From a virus, in UHGV virus genome UHGV-0019613: DNA of 32,421 bases; one strand, 5' to 3'. The translations under genes were made by a program, and so were the position numbers. Shown one piece after another: positions 27,836-32,421 of the stretch. The notes under the pieces were generated by a model. The model was not told the DNA's origin. It was given only the letters and a program-made list of their open reading frames with translations, and did not search any database. Position 1 is the stretch's first letter. Each line of letters starts with the position of its first letter.

Positions 27836-30275
27836 CAATGTAAAATTACAGGTATTGCTCAGGGCTGTTGACCAGGCATCCCGCCCGTTTAAATCCATCC
27901 GCACAGCGAGTAAGTCGCTGTCGGGGGATATCCGGGAAACACAAAAATCACTGCGCGAGCTGAACGGTCACGCATCCCGTATTGAGGGATTTCGCAAAAC
28001 CAGTGCACAGCTTGCCGTGACTGGTCATGCACTTGAAAAGGCACGGCAGGAAGCTGAAGCCCTTGCCACACAGTTTAAAAATACCGAACGACCGACCCGT
28101 GCTCAGGTGAAAGTGCTGGAATCCGCAAAGCGTGCGACGGAGGACTTACAGGCGAAATATAACCGCCTGACGGATTCCGTTAAACGCCAGCAGCGGGAAC
28201 TGGCCGTTGTGGGAATTAATACCCGCAATCTTGCACATGATGAGCAGGGACTGAAAAACCGTATCAGTGAAACCACCGCACAGCTTAACCGGCAGCGCGA
28301 CGCGCTGGCGCGTGTCAGTGCGCAACAGGCAAAACTTAACGCAGTCAAACAGCGTTATCAGGCCGGAAAGGAACTGGCCGGAAATATGGCCTCAGTAGGC
28401 GCTGCCGGTGTGGGGATTGCGGCGGCGGGAACGATGGCCGGAGTTAAGTTGCTGATGCCCGGTTATGAGTTTGCGCAGAAAAACTCAGAATTGCAGGCCG
28501 TGCTCGGAGTGGCAAAAGACTCCGCCGAAATGACCGCACTACGCAAACAGGCGCGCCAGCTCGGCGACAATACCGCCGCCTCGGCGGATGATGCGGCCGG
28601 TGCACAGATAATCATCGCGAAAGCGGGTGGGGATGTTGATGCCATTCAGGCGGCAACGCCGGTCACGCTGAATATGGCGCTGGCGAACCGCCGCACGATG
28701 GAAGAAAACGCCGCCCTGCTGATGGGGATGAAATCCGCCTTTCAGCTTTCAAACGATAAGGTCGCTCATATCGGGGATGTTCTCTCCATGACGATGAACA
28801 AAACCGCCGCCGATTTTGACGGCATGAGCGATGCGCTGACCTATGCCGCACCTGTGGCAAAAAATGCCGGTGTCAGCATTGAAGAAACCGCCGCAATGGT
28901 CGGGGCGCTGCATGATGCAAAAATCACAGGCTCAATGGCGGGGACGGGAAGCCGTGCCGTGTTAAGCCGCCTGCAGGCACCGACGGGAAAAGCATGGGAT
29001 GCACTCAAAGAGCTTGGTGTGAAAACCTCAGACAGTAAGGGAAACACCCGACCAGTATTTACCATTCTGAAAGAAATGCAGGCCAGTTTTGAGAAAAACC
29101 GGCTCGGTACTGCCCAGCAGGCTGAATACATGAAAACCATTTTCGGGGAGGAGGCCAGTTCAGCCGCCGCCGTGCTGATGACTGCCGCCTCAACCGGAAA
29201 GCTGGACAAACTGACCGCTGCGTTTAAAGCCTCAGACGGAAAGACCGCAGAGCTGGTAAATATCATGCAGGACAACCTCGGCGGTGACTTTAAGGAGTTT
29301 CAGTCCGCTTATGAGGCGGTGGGGACTGACCTGTTTGACCAGCAGGAAGGCGCACTGCGTAAGCTCACGCAGACGGCCACAAAGTATGTGTTAAAACTCG
29401 ACGGCTGGATACAGAAAAACAAATCACTGGCGTCAACCATTGGCCTCATTGCCGGTGGTGCGCTGGCGCTTACTGGCATCATCGGTGCAATTGGTCTTGT
29501 AGCCTGGCCGGTTATCACCGGCATCAATGCCATCATCGCGGCAGCAGGCGCAATGGGGGCAATCTTCACGACGGTTGGTAGTGCCGTTATGACGGCCATC
29601 GGGGCGATTAGCTGGCCGGTTGTGGCTGTGGTGGCCGCCATTGTCGCCGGGGCGTTGCTTATCCGTAAATACTGGGAGCCTGTCAGCGCATTCTTTGGCG
29701 GTGTGGTTGAAGGGCTGAAAGCGGCATTTGCGCCGGTGGGGGAGCTGTTCACGCCACTGAAACCGGTGTTTGACTGGCTGGGTGAAAAGTTACAGGCCGC
29801 GTGGCAGTGGTTTAAAAACCTGATTGCCCCGGTCAAAGCCACCCAGGACACCCTGAACCGTTGCCGTGACACGGGTGTCATGTTCGGGCAGGCACTGGCT
29901 GACGCGCTGATGCTGCCGCTTAATGCGTTCAACAAACTGCGCAGCGGTATTGACTGGGTACTGGAAAAACTCGGTGTTATCAACAAAGAGTCAGACACAC
30001 TTGACCAGACCGCCGCAAGGACTCATGCCGCCACGTATGGCACCGGTGGTTATATTCCGGCGACCAGCTCTTATGCAGGCTATCAGGCTTATCAGCCGGT
30101 CACGGCACCGGCTGGTCGCTCTTATGTGGACCAGAGTAAAAACGAATATCACATCAACCTGACGGGCGGTACTGCGCCGGGGACTCAGCTCGACCGCCAG
30201 TTACAGGATGCGCTCGAAAAATACGAGCGGGATAAACGTGCGCGCGCCCGTGCCAGCATGATGCATGACGGTTAA
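27828..30275 (+). CDS. T: Tail tape measure protein
   Basis: 815 aa, same as P2 T; alanine/glycine-rich with hydrophobic central segments. Confidence 0.9.
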   Translation: MSNNVKLQVLLRAVDQASRPFKSIRTASKSLSGDIRETQKSLRELNGHASRIEGFRKTSAQLAVTGHALEKARQEAEALATQFKNTERPTRAQVKVLESAKRATEDLQAKYNRLTDSVKRQQRELAVVGINTRNLAHDEQGLKNRISETTAQLNRQRDALARVSAQQAKLNAVKQRYQAGKELAGNMASVGAAGVGIAAAGTMAGVKLLMPGYEFAQKNSELQAVLGVAKDSAEMTALRKQARQLGDNTAASADDAAGAQIIIAKAGGDVDAIQAATPVTLNMALANRRTMEENAALLMGMKSAFQLSNDKVAHIGDVLSMTMNKTAADFDGMSDALTYAAPVAKNAGVSIEETAAMVGALHDAKITGSMAGTGSRAVLSRLQAPTGKAWDALKELGVKTSDSKGNTRPVFTILKEMQASFEKNRLGTAQQAEYMKTIFGEEASSAAAVLMTAASTGKLDKLTAAFKASDGKTAELVNIMQDNLGGDFKEFQSAYEAVGTDLFDQQEGALRKLTQTATKYVLKLDGWIQKNKSLASTIGLIAGGALALTGIIGAIGLVAWPVITGINAIIAAAGAMGAIFTTVGSAVMTAIGAISWPVVAVVAAIVAGALLIRKYWEPVSAFFGGVVEGLKAAFAPVGELFTPLKPVFDWLGEKLQAAWQWFKNLIAPVKATQDTLNRCRDTGVMFGQALADALMLPLNAFNKLRSGIDWVLEKLGVINKESDTLDQTAARTHAATYGTGGYIPATSSYAGYQAYQPVTAPAGRSYVDQSKNEYHINLTGGTAPGTQLDRQLQDALEKYERDKRARARASMMHDG

Positions 30276-30289
30276 GGAGGTGACGAAAA

Positions 30290-30769
30290 ATGATGCTCGC
30301 GTTAGGTATGTTTGTTTTTATGCGCCAGACGCTGCCACACCAGACCATGCAGCGTGAATCAGATTATCGCTGGCCGTCAAATTCCCGTATCGGTAAACGG
30401 GATGCCTTTCAGTTTCTCGGTGTTGGCGAGGAAAACATCACGCTTGCCGGTGTGCTTTATCCCGAACTGACCGGCGGCAAGCTGACGATGACCACGCTCA
30501 GACTGATGGCAGAGGAAGGCCGGGCGTGGCCGTTGCTGGATGGCACCGGCATGATTTACGGCATGTATGTCATCAGCAGGGTGAGTGAAACAGGGAGTAT
30601 TTTCTTTGCAGACGGCACACCACGGAAAATTGATTTTACGCTGTCGCTCACCCGCGTTGATGAGTCACTGGCCGCGCTTTATGGCGATATCGGTAAACAG
30701 GCAGAATCGCTCATCGGTAAGGCTGGCAGTATGGCGACCAGATTCACGGGTATGACGGGGGCGGGATAA
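30290..30769 (+). CDS. U: Tail protein U
   Basis: 159 aa, same as P2 U. Confidence 0.85.
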   Translation: MMLALGMFVFMRQTLPHQTMQRESDYRWPSNSRIGKRDAFQFLGVGEENITLAGVLYPELTGGKLTMTTLRLMAEEGRAWPLLDGTGMIYGMYVISRVSETGSIFFADGTPRKIDFTLSLTRVDESLAALYGDIGKQAESLIGKAGSMATRFTGMTGAG

Positions 30770-31932
30770 TGCTGGATGCGCTGACATTTGATGCAGGCAG
30801 TACGCTGACGCCGGATTACATGCTGATGCTCGACAGCAGGGATATTACCGGCAATATCAGCGACCGTCTGATGAGCATGACCCTGACGGATAACCGGGGC
30901 TTTGAGGCTGACCAGCTTGATATTGAACTGAACGATGCCGACGGGCAGGTCGGGCTGCCGGTTCGTGGCGCTGTCCTGACGGTGTATATCGGCTGGAAAG
31001 GTTTTGCCCTGGTATGCAAAGGGAAATTTACCGTTGATGAGGTTGAACACCGGGGCGCACCGGATGTGGTCACCATCCGCGCCCGGAGTGCAGATTTTCG
31101 CGGGACGCTCAATTCCCGCCGTGAAGGTTCATGGCATGACACCACGCTCGGTGCGATTGTTGAGGCGATAGCCTCCCGTAACAGGCTGGAAGCCAGTGTC
31201 GCTCCGTCACTGGCCGGAATTAAAATCCCGCACATCGACCAGTCGCAGGAGTCTGATGCGAAATTCCTGACCCGTCTTGCAGAACGCAACGGCGGTGAGG
31301 TCTCGGTAAAAATGGGAAAACTGCTGTTTCTCAAAGCGGGGCAGGGGGTGACGGCCAGCGGTAAAAAAATCCCGCAGATTACCATCACCCGCAGCGACGG
31401 CGACCGTCATCATTTTGCGATTGCTGACCGTGGAGCTTACACCGGCGTAACGGCAAAGTGGTTACACACCAAAGACCCGAAGCCGCAAAAGCAGAAGGTA
31501 AAACTGAAACGCAAAAAGAAAGAAAAACACCTGCGCGCACTGGAGCACCCGAAAGCGAAACCAGTCACGCAGAAGAAAGCGCCAAAAGTACCGGAAGCGC
31601 GCGAAGGTGAATACATGGCCGGTGAGGCTGACAATGTTTTTGCCCTGACCACGGTATATGCCACGAAAGCGCAGGCCATGCGCGCCGCTCAGGCGAAGTG
31701 GGATAAACTGCAACGGGGCGTTGCGGAGTTCTCCATCAGCCTGGCTACCGGTCGTGCAGATATTTACACGGAAACACCGGTCAGAGTGTCAGGTTTTAAG
31801 CGCGTCATAGACGAGCAGGACTGGACAATCACTAAGGTGACACACTTTCTGAATAATAGCGGCTTCACGACGTCCTTAGAGCTTGAGGTCAGGCTTTCTG
31901 ATGTGGAGTACGAAACAGAAGGTGATGAGTAA
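30769..31932 (+). CDS. D: Tail protein D (late control gene D)
   Basis: 387 aa, same as P2 D; ATG overlaps U stop. Confidence 0.85.
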   Translation: MLDALTFDAGSTLTPDYMLMLDSRDITGNISDRLMSMTLTDNRGFEADQLDIELNDADGQVGLPVRGAVLTVYIGWKGFALVCKGKFTVDEVEHRGAPDVVTIRARSADFRGTLNSRREGSWHDTTLGAIVEAIASRNRLEASVAPSLAGIKIPHIDQSQESDAKFLTRLAERNGGEVSVKMGKLLFLKAGQGVTASGKKIPQITITRSDGDRHHFAIADRGAYTGVTAKWLHTKDPKPQKQKVKLKRKKKEKHLRALEHPKAKPVTQKKAPKVPEAREGEYMAGEADNVFALTTVYATKAQAMRAAQAKWDKLQRGVAEFSISLATGRADIYTETPVRVSGFKRVIDEQDWTITKVTHFLNNSGFTTSLELEVRLSDVEYETEGDE

Positions 31933-32013
31933 TGTTTTGTTTTTATCTGTTTGTTTTGTAAGGATAAATTAACTAAAATGGCACCATCAACAAAACCGGA
32001 AGAGGTGCTCGCG

Positions 32014-32232
32014 ATGTTTCATTGTCCTTTATGCCAGCATGCCGCACATGCGCGTACAAGCCGCTATATCACTGACACGACAAAAGAGCGTTATCATCAG
32101 TGCCAGAACGTGAATTGCAGCGCCACGTTCATCACTTATGAGTCGGTACAGCGATACATCGTGAAGCCGGGAGAAGTCCACGCCGTAAGGCCGCACCCGT
32201 TGCCATCAGGGCAGCAAATTATGTGGATGTAA
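32014..32232 (+). CDS. ogr: Zinc-finger late-gene transcription activator Ogr
   Basis: 72 aa from ATG 32014 (GGAAGAGGTG RBS); CPLC...C..NC zinc-binding pattern; last gene before attR as in P2. Confidence 0.8.
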   Translation: MFHCPLCQHAAHARTSRYITDTTKERYHQCQNVNCSATFITYESVQRYIVKPGEVHAVRPHPLPSGQQIMWM

Positions 32233-32245
32233 TTACAAACAGAAA

Positions 32246-32269
32246 GCCCCTCAGTCGAGGGGCTTTTTT
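32246..32269 (+). terminator. Rho-independent terminator after ogr
   Basis: Perfect GCCCCTC-AGTC-GAGGGGC hairpin followed by TTTTTT. Confidence 0.7.
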
Positions 32270-32338
32270 GTCGATGTGGTCAATGTGTGGACGTGACCAG
32301 AAATAAATCCTTTTATTTCATGTGATTAGATATCAAAA

Positions 32339-32357
32339 AATGTCACCAATAACTGAC
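32339..32357. repeat. Candidate attR core (direct repeat of 57-77)
   Basis: ACCAATAACTGAC identical to 65-77, with AATG also shared upstream; located right after the ogr terminator. Confidence 0.4.
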
Positions 32358-32421
32358 ATTGCGGTGTTTCTCCAGATGTGGCCCATCTGAGGCCGTGTTG
32401 GTGCGCAGCTCGAAGGCTACG

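Noticed and set aside
28103-29998. Several minus-strand ORFs up to 229 aa inside the tape measure gene
   Set aside because: Low-complexity alanine/serine-rich translations antisense to a length-conserved T gene; typical shadow ORFs.

Overview
The window is an almost complete P2-like (Peduovirus-type) prophage of an enterobacterial host, running from a candidate attL repeat (about 57-77) to a candidate attR repeat (about 32339-32357). The backbone is collinear with phage P2 and most gene lengths match P2 exactly: int, C repressor, cox, B, several small early ORFs, replication endonuclease A, a P2-type cos sequence, Q and P on the minus strand, then O-N-M-L-X-Y-K-lysA-lysB/lysC-R-S, V-W-J-I-H-G, FI-FII-E/E'-T-U-D and ogr. 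Two by-eye AT-rich cargo islands sit in the two classical P2 variable loci. The A-to-cos locus (6.3-8.9 kb, the tin/old position) carries a compact three-gene restriction-modification module: a candidate PD-(D/E)xK endonuclease, a small HTH controller and a C5-cytosine methyltransferase. The G-to-FI locus (23.5-25.6 kb, the Z/fun position) carries one 433-aa protein with a coiled-coil N-terminal region and two central transmembrane helices, which I cannot assign to any family I know, followed by tandem terminators and about 320 bp without ORFs. This second island is the best candidate for an undescribed defence or abortive-infection function. No rRNA, tRNA or CRISPR array was seen. All assignments rest on reading the translations, motifs and synteny by eye; no database search was run.
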